Shown one piece after another: positions 35,611 to 44,620 of a stretch of DNA of 64,000 nucleotides. Position numbers and translations under genes: made by a program. The notes beneath the pieces are model-generated. The model did not search any database. It worked only from the letters and a program-made list of their open reading frames with translations, and was not told where the DNA came from. Position 1 is the stretch's first letter; each line of letters begins with the position of its first letter. Origin of the DNA: a virus; IMG/VR virus record IMGVR_UViG_3300027908_000006, positions 1 to 64,000 of that record. One strand, 5' to 3'.

Positions 35611-36777
35611 ATGATCCTGACCTATTCCTACAAGCTGTATTTGAGCGCCACGCAAGAAAAGACTCTTGAGCGATGGTTGCGTACCTGTTGTTGGATTTAC
35701 AACCGCGCGTTGGAGCATCGCATTAAAGCGTACCAGCGGCGTAAGGAATCCGTCAGCTATCGGGATCAGCAATCATTATTGACCGAATGGCGTGGACGAA
35801 TGGGGAACTTGCGTCTTGTGCCGGTCGAATTCGAGCGCGATGCGTTGCGTCGGGTGGATCATGGTTTCAAGGCTTTCTTTCGACGACTAGCTGATGGGGA
35901 AAAGAAAGTCGGTTTTCCACGCTTTCGTTCGCACCGCAGGTATCGGTCGCTCGAATGTCTGTTTGTGCAACCGTACTTGCGTGGCGACAGAATTCGCATT
36001 CCGAACCTTGGTTTAGTCCGATGTCGTGGGCGACTCCTGCCCATTGGCAAACAACGGGGCTTACGGATTATCCATCGGGAGGGCGGCTGGTACGCGCAGA
36101 TACTCTTGGACAATGGCGTACAGGTTCCTCCGTGCAAAACGCAAACTAGCATCGGTATCGACGTGGGCCTGACTTCGTTCGCTACGCTCAGTAACGGTGA
36201 AAAGGTTGATAATCCGCGTTTTGGGCGAAAGGCTGAACGTAAGATATGTTCTCTGCAACGGCGGGTATCGCGGCGACAGGAAGGCAGTGCCAACCGCCGC
36301 AAGGTTGCTCAACGGCTGGCAAGGCAACACGAGCGAATCGCATCTCAACGACGTGCGTTCTGCCATGTCGAAGCGCGGAAGATCGTCAACCGTTTCAACC
36401 TGATTGCTTTCGAGAGCCTAAACATCACCGATATGGTGAGAAACCATAAGTTTGCGCGTTCGGTTATGGACGCGGCTTGGGGCTTCTTCGCCTTCTGCCT
36501 GATCTACAAAGCTGCAAATGCTGGTGGTCAGGCAGTTGGCGTCGATCCTCGCAGGACAAGTCAGGAATGTCCGTGGTGTGGCAAGATCGTCCCGAAGAAA
36601 CTTTCTGAGCGTCGTCACCAGTGCGAATGCAAGCCGGGTGTGGTCATCGACAGGGACCACGCGGCGGCTCTGGTGATTCTTGCTCGCGCCGTTGCTGGTA
36701 AGCGCGGCGAATCGCTTGTGGAGGAATCGACCTCTACCGCGCCATCTGTTGGTGGTGTCGGCATGTCGTTCCGGTGA
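35611..36777 (+). CDS. tnpB: TnpB (OrfB) RNA-guided endonuclease
   Basis: 388 aa. RuvC-I IGIDVG (D184), RuvC-II IAFESL (E268), zinc finger CPWCG-x14-CEC, RuvC-III VIDRDHAAALVI (D347/D349). N-terminus YKLYLSATQEKTLERWLRTCCWIYNRAL is typical of OrfB_IS605. Confidence 0.85.
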   Translation: MILTYSYKLYLSATQEKTLERWLRTCCWIYNRALEHRIKAYQRRKESVSYRDQQSLLTEWRGRMGNLRLVPVEFERDALRRVDHGFKAFFRRLADGEKKVGFPRFRSHRRYRSLECLFVQPYLRGDRIRIPNLGLVRCRGRLLPIGKQRGLRIIHREGGWYAQILLDNGVQVPPCKTQTSIGIDVGLTSFATLSNGEKVDNPRFGRKAERKICSLQRRVSRRQEGSANRRKVAQRLARQHERIASQRRAFCHVEARKIVNRFNLIAFESLNITDMVRNHKFARSVMDAAWGFFAFCLIYKAANAGGQAVGVDPRRTSQECPWCGKIVPKKLSERRHQCECKPGVVIDRDHAAALVILARAVAGKRGESLVEESTSTAPSVGGVGMSFR

Positions 36778-36836
36778 AGCAAGTATGCGTGCTGGCTCTA
36801 ACGAACCAAGTATGTAATTACCAAAGGAAGCGTTCC

Positions 36837-37316
36837 ATGTTGAGTCTTCTCCTGTCCGCGACCCTGTTTCTACCCTTCGCCGAGAAACCGCTGTGTCCGT
36901 GCCTCTCCACCTGCCGGTGCGATGCTGACAGCTGCTTCTGTGATGCCAACGAGAAATGCACCAAGAGTTGCTACTGCGACACGCTCTTCGCCCAGGCCGT
37001 TGTGCCGGTTCCTGCTCCTGTCAAGACCATTCCCGGCGCCCCGTTCGAGTGGCGCTACACCGACGACCGGACGCAGGCCGGACTGTTTCAGGACGGCGTG
37101 CAAGTGGGAGCTTGGCGCTTCGCTGATAAGGCGTTCCGCAAGCTCAATGGCAATGTGTGGGGCGAGTTCTGCCCGTGTCCGACTGTGCCGCCGTCTGAGC
37201 CGACCGTGACGTATACGCAGACGTTCCAGGGGGGTGGTGGCTCCGCTTGCTCTGGTCCGGGTTGTGGTACTTCGGCCCCGCGCGTCGGCATCCTCGGGCG
37301 GAGGCAGAAGAAGTGA
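36837..37316 (+). CDS. Secreted Cys-rich protein (repeated CxC motifs)
   Basis: AAAGGAAG RBS and hydrophobic N-terminus MLSLLLSATLFLPFA. Cluster CPCLSTCRCDADSCFCDANEKCTKSCYC. Confidence 0.45.
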   Translation: MLSLLLSATLFLPFAEKPLCPCLSTCRCDADSCFCDANEKCTKSCYCDTLFAQAVVPVPAPVKTIPGAPFEWRYTDDRTQAGLFQDGVQVGAWRFADKAFRKLNGNVWGEFCPCPTVPPSEPTVTYTQTFQGGGGSACSGPGCGTSAPRVGILGRRQKK

Positions 37317-37492
37317 GCGAGCAATACTACTATTCCGAAGGCGCAATTCGCGCCCTCATTTTGACTAACATCAAGAGCAGGAATCCTGCGACGAAGGTTG
37401 ACATTATGGACATTCGCATCGAAGGCGTTGACCGTCTGCGAGGCTCCATATCGGTGACAGTAGAGCCACGCCACCGACAGGAGGAGAAGTAA
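37313..37492 (+). CDS. Hypothetical protein
   Basis: GTGA overlap; 59 aa. Confidence 0.35.
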   Translation: MSEQYYYSEGAIRALILTNIKSRNPATKVDIMDIRIEGVDRLRGSISVTVEPRHRQEEK

Positions 37493-37571
37493 GACGAATC
37501 CGCTTGACCTTCCCCCTCTCCCACGGTTACACTCTGCGGGCTGTTTCATGTGCGGGCCGTCTTTTTCGTTG

Positions 37572-37600
37572 TTGCAATCTTAGCCGAAATGCGATACACT
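37572..37600 (+). promoter_or_regulatory. Sigma70-like promoter candidate for the XRE gene
   Basis: TTGCAA (37572-37577), 17-nt spacer, TACACT (37595-37600). ATG 37607 lies 6 nt after the -10, so the transcript may be leaderless. A second TTGACC-N18-TACACT lies at 37504-37533. Confidence 0.35.
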
Positions 37601-37606
37601 CTCGAT

Positions 37607-37849
37607 ATGAGACGCCTCCGCACCTACACACCGACCCGTCTCGGCTCTATGCTCCGCGAGCGGCGCAAGTCTCTCGGCATCCCCTGCCACGCGCTGGCGG
37701 CACAGGCTGGCCTACACCACACGCTCGTCTACCGGATTGAGTCCGGCCAGACTCCCGACCCCAGCTGGTCCACTGTCTGCCGGATCGCGGCCGTTCTGGG
37801 ACTATCTCTAGACTCGCTTCTGGCCGAAAAATCCAATTCCGCGTCCTAA
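37607..37849 (+). CDS. XRE-family helix-turn-helix regulator (Cro/CI-like)
   Basis: LGSMLRERRKSLGIPCHALAAQAGLHHTLVYRIESGQTPDPSWSTVCRIAAVLGLSLDSLL is the HTH_3 pattern. Start could instead be ATG 37589. Confidence 0.75.
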   Translation: MRRLRTYTPTRLGSMLRERRKSLGIPCHALAAQAGLHHTLVYRIESGQTPDPSWSTVCRIAAVLGLSLDSLLAEKSNSAS

Positions 37850-38062
37850 CTCCATACGCAGACACGACTAAAAATCTTTCGCAAAAATGCTAAACTGGTG
37901 TAGACACCGGATAGCTAATCTGCGATACTATAGGTGTGGACTGAACGAAGGAAACACGGAGAACGAAAGATGTGGATCATCAAGGTTTTCGGAGTGGCGT
38001 GATTCGATCAACTATGGTACGTGGGGCGGCAATTGGGCCGCTCCCTTGGAGGACTGGAACCG

Positions 38063-38326
38063 ATGAAAGCACAGTGCCGCTACTGTCGGAGGTTCGTCCG
38101 AGTCGTGGACGGGAGTTTCATCCACGGCCACTACACAGAGGTCGGAGGAAGCGAGATTTGTAAGGGCGGGTTGACCGAGCATCGGTACGCCATTCCACCC
38201 GTTGAACCGACGATGGAACGCCTCTACCGCTACGCCACGCCTGACGAACGACTCGCGGCGCTCAACGGGATGCTGAGCGAACACCGCACCCTGGGCGAGC
38301 AAATGCGGGCCGGAGAATTGCCATGA
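38063..38326 (+). CDS. Hypothetical protein (Cys/His N-terminus)
   Basis: ATG 38063 preceded by GGAGGA; 87 aa. Confidence 0.4.
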   Translation: MKAQCRYCRRFVRVVDGSFIHGHYTEVGGSEICKGGLTEHRYAIPPVEPTMERLYRYATPDERLAALNGMLSEHRTLGEQMRAGELP

Positions 38327-38703
38327 GTCATCAATGTATCGCAGATGCCTTTGCTCCCTGGGAAATCCGGTACAAAGCCCAAATTATGGCGCAGACGTGG
38401 GGGCATCTTGCGCCGAAGAAGGGGAAGACGTACAGCGGATACGTCGTGTTCGCATTAGGTTGCTTCGGCAGCGACCCCCTAAACCCGACCCCGCTGGAAT
38501 GCGAGTTGAATGGCTTGGATTCTTCGCCGTGGTTCTTTGACGCCTTAATTGAATTTCTTCAGTCGATAAAGGCTGAAACCGGCGGCGTGTACCGCTGGGA
38601 CGGCACGTTCCGCAACTACGAATTCGTTGGCGTAGTTCAGAGATTGCGAGTGGAGAATTCGACGACAGCCGGGCTTGACGCGCCCGGCAATCGTGTGCGA
38701 TAG
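38323..38703 (+). CDS. Hypothetical protein
   Basis: ATGA overlap; 126 aa. Confidence 0.4.
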   Translation: MSHQCIADAFAPWEIRYKAQIMAQTWGHLAPKKGKTYSGYVVFALGCFGSDPLNPTPLECELNGLDSSPWFFDALIEFLQSIKAETGGVYRWDGTFRNYEFVGVVQRLRVENSTTAGLDAPGNRVR

Positions 38704-38837
38704 TCTCTTGCCGCGTCTGCGGCCCGCGGAGTTGTGCCTGCGGAAACTCACCTGACCGAACAACGGCTCTCGCATTGGGGCGCGGAATCACCGCTGCGGC
38801 ACAATCCCCATTGCGAGGCCGTACCCACGGAGGAATT

Positions 38838-39059
38838 ATGCACTTCCTGCGACCGACCGAAGAGCAGCAGCAACGATTGCTCGACACAATCAACGCTCTA
38901 CCTGCTTTTTGGGAACGATCCAAAAACATGAACGGGCCTTGGCAGCGAGTGCGGCGCGTCCCGCCGACTGTGCTGCGGAAATACACGAAGAGACAGGCTC
39001 GCGGTGAAACAGATTTGGTGATTCCTGCCTACTCGTACTACTATCGCCACACCCTGTAA
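38838..39059 (+). CDS. Hypothetical protein
   Basis: GGAGGA RBS; 73 aa. Confidence 0.4.
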   Translation: MHFLRPTEEQQQRLLDTINALPAFWERSKNMNGPWQRVRRVPPTVLRKYTKRQARGETDLVIPAYSYYYRHTL

Positions 39060-39082
39060 CAGTTCGCCCCACGGAGGAGAAT

Positions 39083-39382
39083 ATGACTCTCGAAATCGTA
39101 GAAAACGATGAGTCTCGGATAAACGCTCAGCGCTCGAGGGACAGCCAAGACGCCCGCCGCACGCGCCGGGCCAGGATCAAGGAACTGAACGCCTCACCGA
39201 ATAGACCCCGCTGTGCCTATTGCGGGGAGTTACTTTCAGTTGACCGCTATTTCGACACAGAATTTGGCATCGCCAGGGGCCGTAAGTGGGGCTATGACGG
39301 GGAGGGCGTGTTCTGCACGCTACGCTGTGGGTACGAGTTTGCGAAGCTGGCTGTCGAGGCCGGTTTCGTGGCGAAGCGTTGA
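39083..39382 (+). CDS. Hypothetical protein (C-terminal Cys cluster)
   Basis: GGAGGAG RBS; CAYCG...FCTLRCGYEF. Confidence 0.4.
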   Translation: MTLEIVENDESRINAQRSRDSQDARRTRRARIKELNASPNRPRCAYCGELLSVDRYFDTEFGIARGRKWGYDGEGVFCTLRCGYEFAKLAVEAGFVAKR

Positions 39383-39497
39383 CACGGAGGAACGCGGAAT
39401 CGACTCTTTCACCGACGTCTGCTTGGCTGTGGCCGTGCTGTGGGCAATGAGCCTGCTGGCCGCTGTTCTCGATGCAATGATGGGGAGGGATGACGAG

Positions 39498-39899
39498 ATG
39501 GAAAGCTGGCGTAAGGTCTGGCGTGACGGTATCGCGCCGCTCCTATCCCGCGAGCAGTTGGAGGCGTGCCTTGAAGCGTTGGTCAACGACGACCCCCGTC
39601 TCTTGCAGGGCGCTACGACTACGCCGCCGCCGTTGCAATGCGTATTTGATTGGCCAGTTGAGGCCGCGTGCCTGCTCGGACTGTGCGGCGTGGTTGAACA
39701 CGGTGGCTTTATGGAAGCCAAAGTCTGCGAGGCCGAAGAAGTGTTCGCCAAGCTCTGCTATGAGTGCGATCAGTTGCTTCAAGAACCCGCCGGGGTGCGA
39801 TGGTTCTTGAATTGGGCAGACGAAACGCCACGCGACGAAATGCGGCTGGCAATGATTCCCGAAGTCAAATTGGCTCTTACTCGGAGGGAATTGAAATGA
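39498..39899 (+). CDS. Hypothetical protein
   Basis: ATG 39498 preceded by GGGAGGG. Earlier in-frame starts (39423-39447) are possible. Confidence 0.35.
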   Translation: MESWRKVWRDGIAPLLSREQLEACLEALVNDDPRLLQGATTTPPPLQCVFDWPVEAACLLGLCGVVEHGGFMEAKVCEAEEVFAKLCYECDQLLQEPAGVRWFLNWADETPRDEMRLAMIPEVKLALTRRELK

Positions 39900-40246
39900 T
39901 GGTAACGATGTTCGCCACTGGCGGCGACAAATTCGCTGTGAAGGCTTCAACGGTCAACGGCAAGAAACCCGGCGTTTGCCTATCAATCGACGACAGCCGC
40001 AAAGGGGAGCTTGACCTGCATCTCGACACGCCGGGGGAATTGATCGCGTTCGGGAAGTCGATTGTCAAAGAGGGTCTGCGGCTCGCTCTAGAAGCCGACG
40101 AGAAAGCCAGCGTTGCTGATCCGAGCTACACCCCGACCGTCGAGGAAGCGGCACGCAACCCGGCCGAGTTCGTCGCCGGAATGACAGAGACTCGGCAGCT
40201 GAACCACGGCATCCCCGATTTCCGCGGCAAGCCGTTGCCGAAGTGA
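39896..40246 (+). CDS. Hypothetical protein
   Basis: ATGA overlap; 116 aa. Confidence 0.4.
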   Translation: MMVTMFATGGDKFAVKASTVNGKKPGVCLSIDDSRKGELDLHLDTPGELIAFGKSIVKEGLRLALEADEKASVADPSYTPTVEEAARNPAEFVAGMTETRQLNHGIPDFRGKPLPK

Positions 40247-40409
40247 ACCACTCCCGCCGATTCCGCGGCGGCATACAACCCGTGTTGCTCCGTGCGGGGT
40301 GGAATAACGGAGCTTTGAACCACGAGCGAGCCGGGTAACGAGTAAGGATTGACCGGATGGCATGGTAAATAGCCTGTCGCTTTCAGTTCGCCCAATACTA
40401 GGAGAGAAA

Positions 40410-40689
40410 ATGGTACTGATCGATAAATTCATGCTCCTACGGACGCGGGATGCAGGCGTGCATTGCGGGATCATCCTCGCAATCTCGCAGGACGGTAAGA
40501 CCGTGGACGTGAAGGACTGCCGTCGTATCTGGCGGTGGGAGAAAGCGTTCTCGCTGAACGAGATGGCAAACCACGGTTGCGGCGAGAACAGCCGCATCAG
40601 TGAACCGACAGCGTTCAACCAGCTGTCGGATGTGATTGAAAAGATTCTCTGCACCGACAAGGCCCGCAAGAACCTGGAGCGCAGCCGCA

Positions 40690-40706
<17 letters not shown>
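40410..40706 (+). CDS. Hypothetical protein
   Basis: AGGAGAG RBS; 98 aa. RIWRWEKAFSLNEMANHG...SRISEP is a recurrent phage family of unknown function. Confidence 0.45.
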
Positions 40707-41118
<412 letters not shown>

Positions 41119-41169
41119 CGTAATTCAAAGTGGCAATATTGAGTTCGCCCAACACTACTAGAGGGAATT

Positions 41170-41907
41170 ATGGCCGACCTAGTTGAAAGCCCGTCCGAGA
41201 TGGACTGGCTTGAACGCATCGTGGCGAGGGGGGTCATCGACCCCGACGCTATCGGGAAGTTGATCGACCTGAAGTGCAAGATGGAAGATCGGCTTGCGAG
41301 GGCCGCTTACGCCCGCGACATGAACGCTTGCCAGGGTGAGACGACTACCATCATCCGCGGGACGAAGAACAGTCGCACCGGCAAAATGTACGCCAGTCTT
41401 GAGACGGTTCTCGCTGCCGTCAAGCCTCTCTACATCAAGTACGGCTTCTCGCTCAGCTTCGGAGAGGGGGAATCGCACTTGCCGGACCACACGCGGATCA
41501 TCCTGGACATCCGACACCGAGAGGGGCACGGCGAGCGCTATCAGGGAGACTATCCACTGGACGGGAAGGGAGCCAAGGGCGGCGAAGTGATGAACGCGAT
41601 TCAAGGGCATGTCTCAAGCAACACATACGGACAGCGGGACATGATCCGCAAGGCGTTCTCGCTCGTCATCGCTGACACCGACTTGGACGGCGAACCGACG
41701 ACGCACTACGCCGATGCGGAGGACATCCGGCAAATCAACGAACTGCTCGACAAGATGGGTGAGGGAAAGCCGGTCGCGGTTCACTCAAAGAAGGTCGCAG
41801 CATTCTTCAAGTGGCTGAACGTGGACACCTTGGAGAACCTGACAGCCGAGGGCGTTCAGAAGGCGTTGCAGGAACTGCGGCGACAGGCGAACGAGGTCAA
41901 GTCATGA
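41170..41907 (+). CDS. ERF-family single-strand annealing protein
   Basis: KMYASLETVLAAVKPLYIKYGFSLSF and the following beta-rich core match the ERF pattern as I recall it. Located next to a YqaJ-type exonuclease. Confidence 0.6.
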   Translation: MADLVESPSEMDWLERIVARGVIDPDAIGKLIDLKCKMEDRLARAAYARDMNACQGETTTIIRGTKNSRTGKMYASLETVLAAVKPLYIKYGFSLSFGEGESHLPDHTRIILDIRHREGHGERYQGDYPLDGKGAKGGEVMNAIQGHVSSNTYGQRDMIRKAFSLVIADTDLDGEPTTHYADAEDIRQINELLDKMGEGKPVAVHSKKVAAFFKWLNVDTLENLTAEGVQKALQELRRQANEVKS

Positions 41908-42152
41908 ACGAGCCGATATGCGGCAAATGCGGTCAGGTGATGACTCCGCAGAATAGCCGTGTCCATCCCGAACTGTTCTTACACGATGCCTGTTTGCCGG
42001 CCCAGGACGAATGGGACGAAGACTTTGACGGCGATTCCAGCGTGTGCCCTGCTTGCCACGGCAGCGGAGGAGGAGCCGATCCTGCTCTCGGCTGTCGCCA
42101 GTGCCGCGGTTCGGGGCTGTACCGGCCCTGTTTGGAGGATGACGAGCCATGA
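41904..42152 (+). CDS. Small zinc-finger protein
   Basis: ATGA overlap; CGKCG...CPACHGSG...CRQCRGSG. Confidence 0.4.
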   Translation: MNEPICGKCGQVMTPQNSRVHPELFLHDACLPAQDEWDEDFDGDSSVCPACHGSGGGADPALGCRQCRGSGLYRPCLEDDEP

Positions 42153-42418
42153 ATTGCCCAACGTGCTGTAACGTGATGGTGACTTACACGATGGGATACT
42201 TCCATTGTGCGATTTGCGGAACCTTGAAAATGATTCCGGGCGTTCAGGGTCAACCGGCCAGCGTGTTCGTCCCGAAGCTGGTCGAACGCTGCCGGGAGTT
42301 CGAGAACGTCGCCGCACTCGCCGAGAAGGTTGGCTTCAAAAAAGGCTGGATAGCCGTCGAATGGCAGCGTCTCGGCATCGCCGAGGTAATCAACCCACCA
42401 GAAGGGAGGCCGACGTGA
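42149..42418 (+). CDS. Small zinc-ribbon protein
   Basis: ATGA overlap; CPTCC...CAICG. Confidence 0.4.
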   Translation: MNCPTCCNVMVTYTMGYFHCAICGTLKMIPGVQGQPASVFVPKLVERCREFENVAALAEKVGFKKGWIAVEWQRLGIAEVINPPEGRPT

Positions 42419-43044
42419 AATACTTCGACGTGATCCAGGGCGAAGAGCCTTGGTTCAAACTCCGCAATGGTGTACCTACCGCGAGCCGGTTCGACATGAT
42501 TCTGACGCCGAAGGAAGGCAAGCCGAGTACCCAGCAGGAGAAACTCATCAATCAGCTTGTGGGAGAAAGGCTTTCCTTGATCCCGCCCGAAGGTGTCGAG
42601 AACTACACCAACAGGGCGATGCGTTGGGGCGCCCAATGTGAGGCCGAAGCACGGGCTTACTTTTGCTTCAAGACCAGTCTTGAGGTTTACAACGGTGGCT
42701 TCTGCCTGGACGACAGCGGACGATACGGCGCATCGCCGGACGCCTTGGTTGGCACGGAAACGGCTACGACCGGAGCATTGGAACTCAAGGCGCCGCAAGC
42801 CGAGACACAAGTGGAATACCTCCGCAACGGTGGCTTGCCTCCGGCCTATCGTTGGCAATGTCAGGGGCATCTTTTGGTGACTGGCTTGCCGGTGTGCTGG
42901 TTCCTTTCGTACAGTCCAGGGCTACCGCCGCTGCTCATTCGTGTTGAGCGCGGCCCCGACACCGAAAAGCTCGCTGTCGCCCTCAACGAATTCTGGGACC
43001 GATTCATGGAAGCATTCGAGAAAGTGAAAGGAAGTGCCGGATGA
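42415..43044 (+). CDS. YqaJ-like (lambda Exo / PDDEXK) recombination exonuclease
   Basis: GTGA overlap. QGEEPWFKLRNGVPTASRFDMILT (the YqaJ W..R.G..TAS motif) and GASPDALV...ALELKAP (D...E.K). Confidence 0.65.
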   Translation: MKYFDVIQGEEPWFKLRNGVPTASRFDMILTPKEGKPSTQQEKLINQLVGERLSLIPPEGVENYTNRAMRWGAQCEAEARAYFCFKTSLEVYNGGFCLDDSGRYGASPDALVGTETATTGALELKAPQAETQVEYLRNGGLPPAYRWQCQGHLLVTGLPVCWFLSYSPGLPPLLIRVERGPDTEKLAVALNEFWDRFMEAFEKVKGSAG

Positions 43045-43376
43045 CCAAGCACCTGAAAATCAGCGACACGGAGCTTGAGTTTCGCCGCAACGCCGGGGCG
43101 ACGTACCGCGAACTGGCGAAGATTGCCGGATCGAAACTCCACACGATCTATGGAAAACTCGACAGGCTTGGCGTCCCGCGACGACGCCATTGGGCAAAAC
43201 CGAAACCGCCGAAACCACCTTACATTCCTCCGGTCAAGAACATGGAGCGCCGGGCGAGAGCAGCCGAGTTGCGGTCGCAGGGCTTGACGTTGACTAGGAT
43301 TGGAGCGGAGATGGGAGTCACGAAAGAACGGGCGCGTCAATATCTCAAGGATTTGGAGGTGTCCAGTGAAGTCTGA
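43041..43376 (+). CDS. HTH DNA-binding protein (sigma-70 region-4-like)
   Basis: Two HTH-like segments (ATYRELAKIAGS; LTLTRIGAEMGVTKERARQYL). Confidence 0.45.
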   Translation: MTKHLKISDTELEFRRNAGATYRELAKIAGSKLHTIYGKLDRLGVPRRRHWAKPKPPKPPYIPPVKNMERRARAAELRSQGLTLTRIGAEMGVTKERARQYLKDLEVSSEV

Positions 43377-43563
43377 ACGGGAATTACGAGCGTTTCTGGC
43401 CATGTGCGAGGAAGCCTACCAACTGCAAGCGGACTGTCACCGCTGCAAGGATTGCTACGCGCTGGCCGTGCAAATCCGTTTTTTGAAATGGATTCTCAAT
43501 GGCGACTCAGACTTCGACCGGCAAGTTGAGGAATTCGCCGCTGCGTTGGCGGAAAGCCGTTGA
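43366..43563 (+). CDS. Hypothetical protein
   Basis: GTG 43366; 65 aa. Confidence 0.35.
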   Translation: MKSERELRAFLAMCEEAYQLQADCHRCKDCYALAVQIRFLKWILNGDSDFDRQVEEFAAALAESR

Positions 43564-43717
43564 CAGCGGGCCGGTCGCACGTTCTAATGTCCGAAGTCTC
43601 CCGCGAGAGACCCACAGAAACAATCTGAGAAACGCCGTCGTCACGGACGCATATCCGTCGCGGGAGACATCTTTCGTGGCGGCGGCGCGTACTAGGACCA
43701 ATTACAGGAGTCCATCA

Positions 43718-44620
43718 ATGCCTCTGATTTGCTACACGCCCCGGAAGTTCAGCCGAAACTCTCAGACGCTCATCGACCACGCGAATACGATCTTCGCGGA
43801 GTATCAGGCCCAAGGGTATGTGCTTACCCTCCGTCAACTTTTTTACCAGTTCGTGTCCAGGGACTTGATTCCGAACACCATGCCGAGTTACAAGAATCTC
43901 GGCAGCGTCATCAATGACGCGCGCTTGGCCGGGCTGGTCGATTGGGCTTTGATGGAAGATCGGACCCGGAACCTCAAGAGCCAGCCGTGCTGGGCTTCTC
44001 CGTCGTCGATCATCTCGGCTTGTGCGGATCAGTTCCGCATCGACAAGTGGGCCAGTCAGACTCACCGGCCTGAAATCTGGATTGAGAAAGACGCGCTCGC
44101 TGGTGTGTTCGAGCGGGTCTGTCAGGAGTTGCAAGTGCCCTACTTCTCTTGCCGTGGCTACACGTCGCAGTCGGAAATGTGGGTTGCCGGTCAGCGGTTG
44201 AAAGGCTGGCTCAAGGCCGATCAGAAGCCGGTTATCTTCCACTTCGGTGACCACGACCCCAGCGGGATCGACATGAGCCGCGACATTACGGAGCGGCTTG
44301 AACTGTTCATGGGCGGCGTGCAGTTCAACCGATTGGCCTTGAACATGGAACAGGTGGAAGAATACGAACCACCGCCGAACCCGGCGAAGATCACGGACAG
44401 CCGCGCAGCTGAATACATCCGCGTTTACGGCCGCGAGTCGTGGGAGTTGGACGCACTCCCGCCGGATGTACTGGCCGGTCTGGTGCGAGACTCCATCCTC
44501 TCCATCCGCGACGAGTACGCCTGGCAAGAGGCGGTCGAACGGGAAGAGACGCATCGTCGGCAGCTGGCGGCGGTATCCGAACAATGGGCTACTATCACGG
44601 AGAATCTATCCGATGAATAA
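43718..44620 (+). CDS. Spo11 / TopoVI-A / JetD-like winged-helix + Toprim protein
   Basis: AGGAG RBS. LTLRQLFYQFVSR (5Y-CAP-like Tyr), EIWIEKDALAGVFE (Toprim Glu) and HFGDHDPSGIDM (DxD). Confidence 0.55.
   Translation: MPLICYTPRKFSRNSQTLIDHANTIFAEYQAQGYVLTLRQLFYQFVSRDLIPNTMPSYKNLGSVINDARLAGLVDWALMEDRTRNLKSQPCWASPSSIISACADQFRIDKWASQTHRPEIWIEKDALAGVFERVCQELQVPYFSCRGYTSQSEMWVAGQRLKGWLKADQKPVIFHFGDHDPSGIDMSRDITERLELFMGGVQFNRLALNMEQVEEYEPPPNPAKITDSRAAEYIRVYGRESWELDALPPDVLAGLVRDSILSIRDEYAWQEAVEREETHRRQLAAVSEQWATITENLSDE

Larger units (their letters stand above)
35489..36830 (+). mobile_element. IS200/IS605-family tnpB-only (IS1341-like) element; ends approximate
   Basis: tnpB ORF with an AT-richer composition (by eye) inside a GC-rich phage. 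No tnpA in the window. True left and right ends were not determined. Confidence 0.45.
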
